A program made the translations under genes and the position numbers. The notes beneath the pieces were generated by a model. That model did no database searches and was not told where the DNA came from. It worked only from the letters and a program-made list of their open reading frames with translations. From Archangium sp. (GTDB lineage Bacteria > Myxococcota > Myxococcia > Myxococcales > Myxococcaceae): a stretch of 45,824 bases of DNA. This document shows, piece by piece, positions 10,052 to 19,605 of the stretch (positions are counted from its first letter, which is position 1; each line of letters starts with the position of its first letter). The stretch lies in NCBI RefSeq assembly GCF_036388035.1, contig NZ_DASVSO010000473.1:1-45824 (forward strand), in the 5' to 3' direction.

Positions 10052-11406
10052 GCAAGAAGGCCAATCCGCCCCCACCCGTCCCGGTCCGTGGTGCCCAGGT
10101 GCTGCTCGCCCTGGGCCTCGCCGAGAGCGCGCTCGCCATCTACCAGTGGAGCGAGCTGCTCACCCTGCGTGGTGGCGGCACGACCCAGTGTGGCATCTCC
10201 GAGCGCATCAACTGCGAGACGGTGTGGAACTCGCCCTTCGCCAGCGCGGTGCATGAGCTGGTGCGCATGCCGGTGGCCGGGCTCGGCCTGGTGTGGGGCA
10301 TCGTCGCCGTGGCGCTCTCCGCCCTCTACCTCGTGTGGCGGCGCAACGGGTACACCGTGCGGCCCGCCACCAACGGGCTGCGCCTGACGGCCGCGGCCGG
10401 TGTGGCGGCCAGCCTCGTCTTCGCCACCGCGAGCGCGAGCTCCGGCGCCCTGTGTCCCACGTGCCTGGGCACCTATGCCCTCTCGCTCGCCTTCGCCGGC
10501 GTGGCCTGGCGCATGCTGCCCGGCCCCGTCCTGCCGCAGGCCGGTGAGTGGGGCCGCGCCCTCCAGTGGACGGGCGGCTTCGCCGTGGCCGGCTACCTCG
10601 CGCTGCTCGTGCCCGGCATGCAGACCCCCCGGGCCTCCTCCTCCTCCTCTTCCTCCTCCTCCGAGCAGAGCGCCAGCGCGCCCGTCACGCCCCTCCCGGC
10701 GTCGCTGGAGGCGTACCTGGGCAGCCTCACCCCGAAGGAGCAGCAGGCCGTCTCCAACGCGCTCGCCCGCTACCGTCAGGAGGAGCCCCTGGCGGCCCAT
10801 GCGCCCGCTCGCCTCCGCTACGGGCCCGAGAACGCGCCGGTGAAGATGGTCGAGTGGACGGACAGCCGGTGCCCCCACTGCAAGTCCCTGGTGGAGACCC
10901 TCACCCTCATGAAGAAGCGCCTCCCCGAGGGCAAGCTGTCGCTGGAGGCCCGCCAGTTCCCGCTCGACGCGGCCTGCAACCCCGCCATGCCCCCGCGGGC
11001 CGTCGACCCCACGGGCATCCGTTGCCTGGCCGCCAAGGCGCAGGTCTGCCTCGAGGGCGCCCCTGACTTCTGGTCGCTGCGCGAGAAGCTCTTCGCCGAG
11101 CAGGCCACGCTCTCGTCCGGCAAGGTGATGGACATCCTCTCCTCCGGCTCCGTCGAGCGCTCGCAGCTCGAGGAGTGCGTCGCCAGACAGGAGACGGGCC
11201 GGAAGATCGTCGAGGACGTGGAGTACGCGATGAAGCACCACCTGGAGGGCACGCCGCTCGTGGTCATCAACGGCCGCACCGCGCCGCCCATCGAGCCCTT
11301 CCTGTACGCCATCATCCTGGCGGACGGGGATGCCAACGCCGCGGCCTTCAGCCTGCTGCCGCAGCCTCAGCCGCAGGCCCTGCAGGCCCACGACCACCCG
11401 CACTGA
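10048..11406 (+). CDS. VKOR-DsbA/thioredoxin fusion protein
   Basis: CGISERINC and CPTC in the membrane domain; poly-Ser linker; DSRCPHC and GTP in the DsbA-like domain. Confidence 0.88.
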   Translation: MSKKANPPPPVPVRGAQVLLALGLAESALAIYQWSELLTLRGGGTTQCGISERINCETVWNSPFASAVHELVRMPVAGLGLVWGIVAVALSALYLVWRRNGYTVRPATNGLRLTAAAGVAASLVFATASASSGALCPTCLGTYALSLAFAGVAWRMLPGPVLPQAGEWGRALQWTGGFAVAGYLALLVPGMQTPRASSSSSSSSSEQSASAPVTPLPASLEAYLGSLTPKEQQAVSNALARYRQEEPLAAHAPARLRYGPENAPVKMVEWTDSRCPHCKSLVETLTLMKKRLPEGKLSLEARQFPLDAACNPAMPPRAVDPTGIRCLAAKAQVCLEGAPDFWSLREKLFAEQATLSSGKVMDILSSGSVERSQLEECVARQETGRKIVEDVEYAMKHHLEGTPLVVINGRTAPPIEPFLYAIILADGDANAAAFSLLPQPQPQALQAHDHPH

Positions 11407-11416
11407 GTGGGCCGCG

Positions 11417-11797
11417 ATGGGTAAGCGCGACAAGAAGCCCGAGTCGCCCGCCCCGGCGGCGCCCTTCCACAACCCCTTCGCCGCCCTGGGGCTCAAGCGC
11501 GAGGAGCTGCCCGCCGGGCCGGCTCCCGCGCCGGTGAAGAAGGCCGAGGAGCCCAAGGGCCCCGCGCGCGCCGTGGTGCGCATGGAGCGCAAGGGCCGTG
11601 GTGGCAAGGAGGTGACGGTGGTGGAGCAGCTCGGGCTGCCGGCCGCGGAGCTGGAGAAGTGGCTGAAGGCCCTCAAGGGTGGCCTCGGCTGCGGCGGCAC
11701 CGTGGAGGACGACACCCTGGTGCTGCAAGGGGACCAGCGCGAGCGCCTGCCCGCGCTCCTGGAGGCCCGAGGCGTGCGCCGCGTCACCGTGGGCTGA
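11417..11797 (+). CDS. yciH: Translation initiation factor SUI1/YciH
   Basis: ERKGRGGKEVT, LKGGLGCGG, LQGDQR. Confidence 0.9.
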   Translation: MGKRDKKPESPAPAAPFHNPFAALGLKREELPAGPAPAPVKKAEEPKGPARAVVRMERKGRGGKEVTVVEQLGLPAAELEKWLKALKGGLGCGGTVEDDTLVLQGDQRERLPALLEARGVRRVTVG

Positions 11798-11865
11798 GGG
11801 CCCGCCGTGGAGTTGGGGAGGTGGCGCTGCTGACCTGGCCCATATGTCTTGTTGGGAGATGCGGC

Positions 11866-12681
11866 TTGTCCACCCGTCTTGTTGGCCAGCTTCTGGCGGG
11901 CCTGGGCCAGCGCTCCTTGTTGGGCTTGCTGTCCCTGGTCGTTTTGCTGCTCCAGTCCGCGTGCGCCACGGGCTCACCTCGGTGGGCTGGAGCGCGGCGT
12001 GGCGTTCCCTCGAGCTACAAGCAGTCGTGTGCGCTCAACCCCGGATGTGCGGCTCCCGCGGCGAGCGGGGAGTTCGTCGTCCCCGCCACGGTGCGAAAGA
12101 TCGTGCAGGCGGCTGAGACCGTTCAGGGCCTCCTCACCCTCAAGGAGTTCCTCGACGAGGCGGAGGTGGCTCGGGTCGAGGAGGTGCTCATCCAGTGCGC
12201 CAAGGAAGCCGACTCCTAGGTCAATCAACGGGAGTACCCCAAGGAGGGCTACCCGAGTGATCCCGAGTGTGACCGGGTGGTCGGCAAGAACGCGAAGGGC
12301 AAGAGGATAACTCGGGCCATGGAACTGGGAACGATGAAGCATGAGGTGGCCTTCGCCTGTGTCGAGCGAAAGCTTGGTCGGGAATTCTCGGACCACCTCA
12401 CCCGGGAACCACGCTATGGCAAGAAGCCGCCGGGCGAAGAGTACGCCCTCACCGATGAAGGGACAGGCTCTCTTGTCCCCGACATCGTTCTGCATCTGGT
12501 GCGCGACGCCAACAAGGTTCAATTCCTCTACGACTTCCTTTTCCCTTGTACCTCCACGAGCAAGAGCGACCCCCTTGGGTACCAGAAGCGGACGCTGAGC
12601 CGGAAGTTGGACAAGTACAAAGACCTCCCAGGGGAGAAACGGAGCGCACTCGTCACGCCTCAGCTTGGAATCAGCCGATGA
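11866..12681 (+). pseudogene. Lipoprotein polymorphic toxin (PD-(D/E)xK-like C-terminus) interrupted by in-frame TAG at 12217-12219
   Basis: ORFs 11659..12219 and 12277..12681 share a frame, separated by a single TAG; lipobox-like LLLQSAC (Cys codon 11962); PDIVLH...YDFLFPC; start inferred at TTG 11866 after GGGAGA. Confidence 0.75.
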
Positions 12682-13658
12682 CCGACCACTACCCTCGAAT
12701 TCGTCTCCGCTCCTCGCGGCCGGACGGCGAGCGCCTCTCCATGCGGGAAGTGGTCAGGCTCGTTCTGCATCTGCCGTTTGACCACCATGAGCTCGCGGAG
12801 CGGGTGCGGCGTGCGCTCGATGTCTACCTCGATGCTGTCGGCACCGGGCCGGACGTCTTCTCCGAGTACGATCTTGGCTACGAGCCCTCTTGGCTGCACG
12901 CGGACGCTTGGGAGCGGATCCGCGATGAGCTCTCCCCACCTGTCGGACCCCGCTTCCTCGAGGACGTCGAAGACAAACAGACGGTCCACTTCTATGTGAA
13001 GAATCAGTTCGAGCGGACCGTGGAGCTGTCCGGTGGCGACTCCGGCGTCAGCGGCTACGGCTTCTTCTACTGGGCTCGTCTCCCATGGCGCGCACGAGCT
13101 CCAGTGAAGGACGAGGTCAGCATGGTGAGCTTCTCGTGGCCCACGGAGTACCTCGAGGCGCACGGCCCCGGGAGACTGCGGGAGCTGGCGCTGGAACTGG
13201 CCTCATTGCTGCCATTCTCCTCCGGCCATGCCGGCCTCGCCTTCTATTCACCCAGCCCCTTTGGTTCCTCTCTGGAAGGGATTCACGAGGAAGCCTTCCG
13301 CTATCCGGGGTTGGATGTGGCACATGGGAGCCTGTCCCTCGGGTCCCGGGTGGATGGCGTGCATTGGCTCAACTTCCTGGGCCATCCGGTACTGGGAGAG
13401 TTGGGGGGCGCGGCGGGTCTGCGCTCCCGGCTGCACTCCCCCGGAACCACGGTGCAGGAGCTGGAGGGCGAGCGGGTCGTGGTGACGCTGGGACAGTGGC
13501 CCGAGGGCGGAGACCTGACGCAAGGCCGCGACCTCCCCGCGTACCGCGAGCTCGCACGTGTGTTGGAGCCCTGGCTCTACCCATGTCCCAAGTCCCACGA
13601 CTTCAAGGGCGCGTCTCACGAGGAGACCCTGCGTTGGTGGCGCCGCTTCCTCGACTGA
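12678..13658 (+). CDS. DUF3396 / TsiV-like immunity protein
   Basis: SFSWPTEYL..HGP, LPFSSGHAGL, RYPGLD, GVHWLNFLG, LPAYRELARVLEPWL; ATGA overlap with toxin stop. Confidence 0.88.
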   Translation: MTDHYPRIRLRSSRPDGERLSMREVVRLVLHLPFDHHELAERVRRALDVYLDAVGTGPDVFSEYDLGYEPSWLHADAWERIRDELSPPVGPRFLEDVEDKQTVHFYVKNQFERTVELSGGDSGVSGYGFFYWARLPWRARAPVKDEVSMVSFSWPTEYLEAHGPGRLRELALELASLLPFSSGHAGLAFYSPSPFGSSLEGIHEEAFRYPGLDVAHGSLSLGSRVDGVHWLNFLGHPVLGELGGAAGLRSRLHSPGTTVQELEGERVVVTLGQWPEGGDLTQGRDLPAYRELARVLEPWLYPCPKSHDFKGASHEETLRWWRRFLD

Positions 13659-13847
13659 CGTCCCGAACTCGCCGTGCTGTACGACCCGGCGACGGGCACC
13701 TGGTCCTCCGCGGGCACGATGAGCGTGGGCCGCAGCACCTACTCCGCCACGCCGCTGTCGTCGGGCGACGTGCTCCTGGCCGGGGGTTGGAGTGGGGGTC
13801 CGGGGAGCAGCAGCGCCATCAGCGGCACCGAGCTGTTCCTGCCGTGA
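13659..13847 (+). pseudogene. Orphan C-terminal fragment of a Kelch-repeat protein
   Basis: Translates as ...AVLYDPATGTWSSAGTMSVGRSTYSATPLSSGDVLLAGG...SGTELFLP*; no upstream body; absent from ORF track. Confidence 0.75.
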
Positions 13848-13853
13848 CGAAAG

Positions 13854-13882
13854 GGAGGGGCCCGCCGCGGTGGGCCCCTTCC
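13854..13882. terminator. Hairpin between convergent genes
   Basis: ggaggggcccgcc / ggtgggccccttcc inverted repeat. Confidence 0.55.
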
Positions 13883-13898
13883 ACTGCCTGGTGGGGGA

Positions 13899-14903
13899 CT
13901 ACAGCGCCGCGATGACCGCGTCGGTGAAGTCGCGCGTGGTGGCGCTGCCGCTCAGGTCGCCGGTGCGCACCTTGCCCTCGCCGTACACCTTGGTGAGCGC
14001 GTTCTCGAACTTGCGCGCCTCGTCGCGCATGTCCATCCAGTCGAGCATCATCACCGCCGACATCATCAGCGCGGTGGGGTTGGCCAGGCCCTTGCCGGCG
14101 ATGTCCGGCGCCGTGCCGTGGACCGCCTCGAACACCGCCGTGCGCTCACCGATGTTGGCGCCGGGCACCAGGCCCAGGCCGCCCACCAGGCCCGCGCACA
14201 GGTCGCTCATGATGTCCCCGTACAGGTTCTCCATCACCAGCACGTCGTAGCGGGTCGGGTCCTTCACCATCTGCATGCACATGTTGTCGACGATGACTTC
14301 CTCGTACTGAATCTCCGGGAACTCCCGGCCCACCTTGCGGGTGCAGTCGAGGAAGAGGCCGTCCGACAACTTCATGATGTTGGCCTTGTGGACGCACGTC
14401 ACCTTCTTGCGCCCGTGCCGCTTGGCGTACTCGAAGGCGAAGCGGGCGATGCGCGTGGAGGCCTTCTCGGTGATGATCTTCAGCGACTCCACCACGCCCG
14501 GGACGATGATGTGCTCCAGGCCGGCGTAGAGGCTCTCGGTGTTCTCGCGCACCACCACGACGTCCACGTCGTCGTAGCGCGTCTTCACGCCGGGCACGCT
14601 CTTGACCGGGCGCAGCGAGGAGTAGAGGTCCAGGCGCTTGCGCAGGCCCACGTTGGCCGAGGCCATGCCGCCGCCCACCACCGTGCCCGTGGGGCCCTTG
14701 AGCGCCACGCCGCTGCGCAGCACCGCCTCCACCGTCTCGTGGGGCAGGTTGGTGCCGTACTTGGCGATGACCTCGGCGCCCGCGTCCTTGAACTCGAACT
14801 CCAGGGGAACCTTGAGCGCCTCCAGGACGCGGAGGGTGGCCGCCATCACCTCGGGGCCGATGCCGTCGCCATTGATGACCGTGACCGTACGCGTATTCGC
14901 CAT
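13899..14903 (-). CDS. Isocitrate/isopropylmalate dehydrogenase family (NAD-IDH-like)
   Basis: GDGIGPEV, VRENTE, HKANIMK, NLYGDIMSD, FEAVHGTAPDIAGK. Confidence 0.92.
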   Translation of the reverse strand: MANTRTVTVINGDGIGPEVMAATLRVLEALKVPLEFEFKDAGAEVIAKYGTNLPHETVEAVLRSGVALKGPTGTVVGGGMASANVGLRKRLDLYSSLRPVKSVPGVKTRYDDVDVVVVRENTESLYAGLEHIIVPGVVESLKIITEKASTRIARFAFEYAKRHGRKKVTCVHKANIMKLSDGLFLDCTRKVGREFPEIQYEEVIVDNMCMQMVKDPTRYDVLVMENLYGDIMSDLCAGLVGGLGLVPGANIGERTAVFEAVHGTAPDIAGKGLANPTALMMSAVMMLDWMDMRDEARKFENALTKVYGEGKVRTGDLSGSATTRDFTDAVIAAL

Positions 14904-14968
14904 GTCTCGCGCTTGAAGCACAAAACACAGGGGCCCGGAAGGAGGAAAACGCTCCGGCCCCAGCCTGG

Positions 14969-15769
14969 CTAATGCATCGGTGGAGTCTGGGTGGGAGGCG
15001 AGGGCGGCCCCGGGGGGGAGGCGGACTTGCGGCGGGCCCGGCGGCGCGGGGAGAGCGTGGCGTAGGGCCGGTAGAAGGACTCCCACAGGGTGGCGCGGCG
15101 CCCACGCGGCCGGCTGCGCAGCTCTCCCAGCGGGGCCCGGGTGAAGAAGGACGCCACGAAGAGGTAGGCGAACACCAGCACCAGCAGGAAGAGGAACGCC
15201 ATCACGACCCCACCATGGACGGGGCCCACGTGCGCGCGCTCCACGAACTCCTCGAAGCTCTCGGGGGCGGCCGGGTGGCTGTACACCTTGACGAACCAGG
15301 AGAGGGTCAGCACCAGCAGGATGGGCCCGTAGGCGCGGTTGAGGCGGGTGGAGATGGAGGAGAAGACCGAGAGCTGGATCTGCGGCCGCTCCATGAGGCT
15401 GACCAGCTCGCGCAGGGAGTCCGGGTCCACCGGCTCGCGGCGCAGCATGGGAATCCAGTAGCCCTCCTCCAGCAGCCGCACCCGCCGCATCCACAGGTCG
15501 TAATAGCGGTAGCGGCGCGCCTCGATGGTGAGGAAGGACACCACCATCCAGATGCCCACGATGAAGACGACGTGGGAGGCGGTGCTGGAGAAGCCGAAGG
15601 AGACGACCGCCGCGGTGGTGGTGAGGGACCAGTTGGTGGTGTTGTCCAGACGTGAGCGCCAGGTGTCCGAGCGACTGAGCTCGCCCCGGAACAACTGGGC
15701 CATGGCCGCTTCCGAGATGGAGGGCCCCTCGTACTCGTTCTTGTCCCGCTCGTTACCGTCGTTGACCAT
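14969..15769 (-). CDS. DUF2270 family membrane protein
   Basis: FRGELSRSDTWRSRLDNTTNW, IEARRYRYYD; several hydrophobic segments. Confidence 0.85.
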   Translation of the reverse strand: MVNDGNERDKNEYEGPSISEAAMAQLFRGELSRSDTWRSRLDNTTNWSLTTTAAVVSFGFSSTASHVVFIVGIWMVVSFLTIEARRYRYYDLWMRRVRLLEEGYWIPMLRREPVDPDSLRELVSLMERPQIQLSVFSSISTRLNRAYGPILLVLTLSWFVKVYSHPAAPESFEEFVERAHVGPVHGGVVMAFLFLLVLVFAYLFVASFFTRAPLGELRSRPRGRRATLWESFYRPYATLSPRRRARRKSASPPGPPSPPTQTPPMH

Positions 15770-15841
15770 CCGGTGTCCTCTCCTGGGTCGCGCAGGCGGG
15801 TGGCCGGACCGGCCCGCCGTGTGCACCCTCCCGGAGGAACC

Positions 15842-17914
15842 ATGGCCATTCCCTTCCTCCACGACACCCCGCCGCCCGTGGATCCGGTGGCCGCGCTGCT
15901 CCAACTCCTGGAAACGGAGGCGGAGCGGGTGGTGCGCCTGTGGTCCAAGCGCATCCGCGCGGAGACGTACGAGGTGGACATCCCCGGGCGCAACCTGCGC
16001 GCCCCCCTGCGCCGGCTCCTGGATGAGCTCGTCCGCCTGCTCAGGGACCGAGGAGATGACGCCTTGCGCCTCTGGCCGGAGGTGGTGCGCTCGCACGGGG
16101 CGCGCCGGTACGACCAGCGCTTCGAGGTGGAGGACCTGGCGCGCGAGTTCAAGTCGCTGGAGGAGGTGCTCCTGTACGTGTACGCCCGGCGCAACGGCGT
16201 GCTGGAGCCGGAGGTGGCCACCTTCATCGTGGAGCTGGTGGGCGAGGCGCATGCCTCGGCGCAGGCCTCCTTCGCCCGGGTGCTCAGGACGGAGGAGGTG
16301 CGCTTCCGCGAGGCGGCGGTGATGGAGTCGGTGCTGCACCACGTGGAGGTGGGCATCCTCCTGGCCGAGATGGACGGGACGGTGTCCTTCGCCACGCCGC
16401 CGGTGAGCCGGCTCATCGGCGTGCCCATGCGGGCGGTGGTGGGGGCGCGCTCGCAGGCGTCGCTGGTGGCGGTGCTCGCCCAGGTGAACGCGCGCCACCC
16501 GAATGGCGAGCCCTTCAAGGTGACGGACATGCCCTTCGTGCGGGCGCTGAAGGAGCGCGGCCCGGTGCGCGGGGTGCTGGTGCTGGTGGAGCGGCCCGGC
16601 AGTGGCGAGGCCACCCTGGAGCTGAGCGCCACCCCCGTGTGGGAGGAGGGCGGCGAGCTGGTCGGCGTGCTGCAGACCTTCACGGACCGGACCGAGTCGG
16701 CCAACAAGTCCAAGGCGCTGGTGAGCGCCCACGACGAGCTGCGGCGGTTGCAGGGGCGGCTCCTGCAGCGCACGCGCACGCAGGCGCTCGGGCAGCTCGC
16801 GAGCGGCGCGGCGCACGCGCTCAACAACTTCCTCAACGTGCTGCGGCTGCGGATTACGTTGCTGCGGCGCGACTCCAAGCCCGAGCACCTGGACGCGCTG
16901 GACAAGACGGTGGGGCAGGTGGGCGAGCTGGTGGCGCGGCTGCAGGAGTTCAACGTCCAGCGCACCGAGGAGCAGCACGCGGACGTGCAGGTGGACGCGA
17001 CGGTGCACGAGGCCCTGGAGCTGGCGCGGGCGGAGCTCGAGCAGCGCGAGCACCCGGTGACGGTGGAGCTGCGGCTGGGCAACCCGGGGGCGGTGAGGGC
17101 GGATCCGGGCTTCTTCCGCGAGCTGGTGGTGAACCTGCTGCTGGCCGAGAAGGAGCGGCTGGGCGAGGCGGGCGGGCGGGTGCGGGTGGAGACGCGGGCG
17201 GAGGCGAGCGGGTGGGTGATGCTGCGCGTGGAGGACTCCGCGGCGCCCTACGACGAGGAGGAGCTGACGCGCTTGTTCGATCCGCTCAACCGCGACGCGG
17301 GGGCGCCCCAGCTCTCGCTGCTGCTGGCGGTGGCGCGCAGCCAGGTGCAGCGCTGGGGGGGCGAGCTGACGGTGGAGAACATGCCCGAGGGCCATGGGAC
17401 GGCCTTCGTGGTGCGGCTGCCGCTGGCGCGCTCCGAGGAGGAGGCGGCGGAGCGGGTGGAGGCGGGCCGGGCCGCGCCGAGCCCGAGGCGCTTCCAGCAG
17501 ACGCGCCGGGTGCTGGTGGTGGACGACGACCTGGACAACGCGCGGATGATGGCGGAGGTGCTCAGCGAGGAGGGCTATGACGTGAAGGTGGCCCCCAGCG
17601 GAGACGTGGCGCTGAAGCTCTGGGAGGAGCGCCGCTACGACGCCGCCCTGCTGGACGCGGTGATGCCGGACATGTCGGGGTGGGAGGTGGCGCGCGAGCT
17701 GCGCAAGCGCTCGCCCCAGGCGCTGATGGCCATCGTGACGGGCATGGACGTGCGCGGGCAGAACCGCGCCAACCTCGCGCTGGTGGACGCCGTGTTCCGC
17801 AAGCCCATCGACGTGGGCGCGCTGGACGACTTCCTCGGTCAGTCGGAGTCGCCCTTGGCGGGCGGCGCGGGCGGGGCCGGCGCGAGCGGCTCCGGGTCTC
17901 TTCCCCAGACGTGA
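15842..17914 (+). CDS. Hybrid sensor kinase-like protein (RsbRD_N-like, PAS-like, degenerate HisKA/HATPase, receiver)
   Basis: HGARRYDQRF; GAAHALNN; VVDDD...LLDAVMPDMSG...KP receiver; GGAGG RBS before ATG 15842. Confidence 0.85.
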   Translation: MAIPFLHDTPPPVDPVAALLQLLETEAERVVRLWSKRIRAETYEVDIPGRNLRAPLRRLLDELVRLLRDRGDDALRLWPEVVRSHGARRYDQRFEVEDLAREFKSLEEVLLYVYARRNGVLEPEVATFIVELVGEAHASAQASFARVLRTEEVRFREAAVMESVLHHVEVGILLAEMDGTVSFATPPVSRLIGVPMRAVVGARSQASLVAVLAQVNARHPNGEPFKVTDMPFVRALKERGPVRGVLVLVERPGSGEATLELSATPVWEEGGELVGVLQTFTDRTESANKSKALVSAHDELRRLQGRLLQRTRTQALGQLASGAAHALNNFLNVLRLRITLLRRDSKPEHLDALDKTVGQVGELVARLQEFNVQRTEEQHADVQVDATVHEALELARAELEQREHPVTVELRLGNPGAVRADPGFFRELVVNLLLAEKERLGEAGGRVRVETRAEASGWVMLRVEDSAAPYDEEELTRLFDPLNRDAGAPQLSLLLAVARSQVQRWGGELTVENMPEGHGTAFVVRLPLARSEEEAAERVEAGRAAPSPRRFQQTRRVLVVDDDLDNARMMAEVLSEEGYDVKVAPSGDVALKLWEERRYDAALLDAVMPDMSGWEVARELRKRSPQALMAIVTGMDVRGQNRANLALVDAVFRKPIDVGALDDFLGQSESPLAGGAGGAGASGSGSLPQT

Positions 17915-17960
17915 GGCCCCGGGCGCGGCGGTTCCGGCCAGGCCTCCAGGCGCGCTCCCG

Positions 17961-17975
17961 TGTCGGAGGTGGAAC
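17961..17975 (+). promoter_or_regulatory. TGTC-N8-AAC site (MrpC-like consensus TGTYN8RAC) upstream of DUF2378 gene
   Basis: TGTCGGAGGTGGAAC inside a larger inverted repeat; near-identical site on the minus strand at 19591-19605. Confidence 0.4.
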
Positions 17976-18070
17976 ACCGGGAGTGGATTTCTTCATGCGT
18001 CCGACAGCGGGGAGCCAGAGCGGGTACAGTAGGGCGCGGGGGCCGTGCCACAACGCGCTGAGGGGAATGC

Positions 18071-18697
18071 ATGCACATGGACGCAGGGAGGGCCGAGTGG
18101 CCGATGGCCGTGCCCGGGTCGGACGAGGACCTGGAGTTGCGGCTGGCGCTGACCTCTCCGTCGGACACGGCGCGTGGCATGTTCCTGCGGACCATGCTGG
18201 AGGCGGTGCGCACCCTGGGGGACGAGGAGTTGATGCGGCGCTGCCAGGCGGCGGGCGGGGAGGAGAAGCTGGTGGACTTCTTCATCTACCCCATCACCGT
18301 GAACCTCCGGATGGTCTTCGCCGCGGCGCGGATGCTGGAGACGCGGTGCGGGAGCCGCGACGAGGCGCTCCGGCAGCTCGGGCGCAGGGCGGGGGAGTGC
18401 TTCCTGGCCTCCACGGCGGGCCTGGCGCTCCAGTTCCTCGCCCGGGGAAACACGAAGCGGCTGGTGAGCAACCTGCCCTCGGCCTACCGCGCCGCGGTGA
18501 GCTTCGGGGCGCGCTCGGTGGTGTGGACGGGGCGGACGAGCGGACGCCTCACCATGCGGCGCGAGTTCATGCCCTACCCCTTCCAGGAGGGCATGCTGCT
18601 GGGCGTGCTGGAGAAGGCCCACGCGAAGGGCGTTCGGGTGTGCGGGCATCAGCTCTCGACGCTGGAGAGCGACTACGACATCTCCTGGGAGACGTGA
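18071..18697 (+). CDS. DUF2378 / TIGR02265 family protein
   Basis: DTARGMF, FFIYP, LPSAYRAAVSFG.R, EYDISW-like end. Confidence 0.87.
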   Translation: MHMDAGRAEWPMAVPGSDEDLELRLALTSPSDTARGMFLRTMLEAVRTLGDEELMRRCQAAGGEEKLVDFFIYPITVNLRMVFAAARMLETRCGSRDEALRQLGRRAGECFLASTAGLALQFLARGNTKRLVSNLPSAYRAAVSFGARSVVWTGRTSGRLTMRREFMPYPFQEGMLLGVLEKAHAKGVRVCGHQLSTLESDYDISWET

Positions 18698-18776
18698 GCG
18701 CCCCCGCGGGGGCCGGGCGAGCGGACAGCACTCCGGCGAGGTGGCCCTGACGGTTGCCGGCTGATACGGGGAGACG

Positions 18777-19460
18777 ATGAGCCCCTCCCCGCGTCCGCTC
18801 GCCGCCATCTTCGACATGGATGGCACCCTGGTCGACAACATGCGCTTCCACGTCCAGGCGTGGGTGGCCCTGTCGCGCGGCCTCGGCCTCGACGCGCCCG
18901 CGGAGCGCTTCGAGCGGGAGTTCGCCGGCATGCGCAACGAGGAGCTCCTCCCCGCGCTGCTCGGCCGGCCCGTGGCGACCGAGGAGCTGGCGCACCTGGC
19001 CGAGCGCAAGGAGCGCCACTACCGCGAGCTCTACGCGCCCCACCTGGCGCCCCTGCGGGGCGCCCGCGAGCTCCTCTCCCGCCTGCGGGGGGCGGGCTTC
19101 GGCCTCGCGGTGGCCTCGGCCGCGCCGCGCGCCAACCGCGCCTTCGTGCTCGACGGGCTGGGCCTGCGTCCGCACTTCGCCCACGTCATCGGGGCCGAGG
19201 ACGTGTCGCGCGGCAAGCCGGCCCCGGACCTCTTCCTCGCCGCCGCGCGGGCGCTCGGGGTGGAGCCCTCCGCGTGCGTCGTCTTCGAGGACGCGGTCAA
19301 CGGCATTCTCGCGGCGCGCGCGGCGGGGATGCTCGCGGTGGGGGTCTCCACCCTCACGCCCGACGCGGTGCTGCGCGAGGCCGGGGCCCATTGGGTCATC
19401 GGCGACTTCGCCACGCTGCCGCGGGCCTTCGAGCAGCTGCTCTTCGCTGACACTGTTTGA
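18777..19460 (+). CDS. HAD-family phosphatase (beta-PGM-like)
   Basis: FDMDGTLVD, GKPAPD, FEDA. Confidence 0.92.
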   Translation: MSPSPRPLAAIFDMDGTLVDNMRFHVQAWVALSRGLGLDAPAERFEREFAGMRNEELLPALLGRPVATEELAHLAERKERHYRELYAPHLAPLRGARELLSRLRGAGFGLAVASAAPRANRAFVLDGLGLRPHFAHVIGAEDVSRGKPAPDLFLAAARALGVEPSACVVFEDAVNGILAARAAGMLAVGVSTLTPDAVLREAGAHWVIGDFATLPRAFEQLLFADTV

Positions 19461-19590
19461 ATCCCGTGCCACGGAAATCTGGAATAGTGTTGATAGCTTT
19501 TCAGCACTGAAAGCTTTCGCGAAACCCTGCCATGCCCGTGCGCTCCCGGTGCAATCCAACAATGTCAGTGGATGGCCGGGGGCCCACCCC

Positions 19591-19605
19591 GTTTCCCCTC
19601 CGACA
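19591..19605 (-). promoter_or_regulatory. TGTC-N8-AAC site upstream of second DUF2378 gene
   Basis: Minus strand TGTCGGAGGGGAAAC, 13/15 identical to 17961-17975. Confidence 0.4.

Noticed and set aside
10635..10662. (TCC)n tract as a phase-variable repeat
   Set aside because: Triplet repeat encoding a poly-Ser linker; length change would not shift the frame
12217..12219. Programmed amber recoding (pyrrolysine or readthrough)
   Set aside because: No pyl genes or recoding signal visible; nonsense mutation or sequencing error is simpler
14969..17977. 1002-aa minus-strand ORF and other long antisense ORFs (e.g. 27610..30108, 32047..33921)
   Set aside because: Shadow frames of GC-rich genes; only the 3' 267 codons (DUF2270) look real
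18034..18050. Minus-strand TGGCAC-N7-GC sigma54-like box
   Set aside because: Poor -12 element (CCGC) and it points at no credible gene
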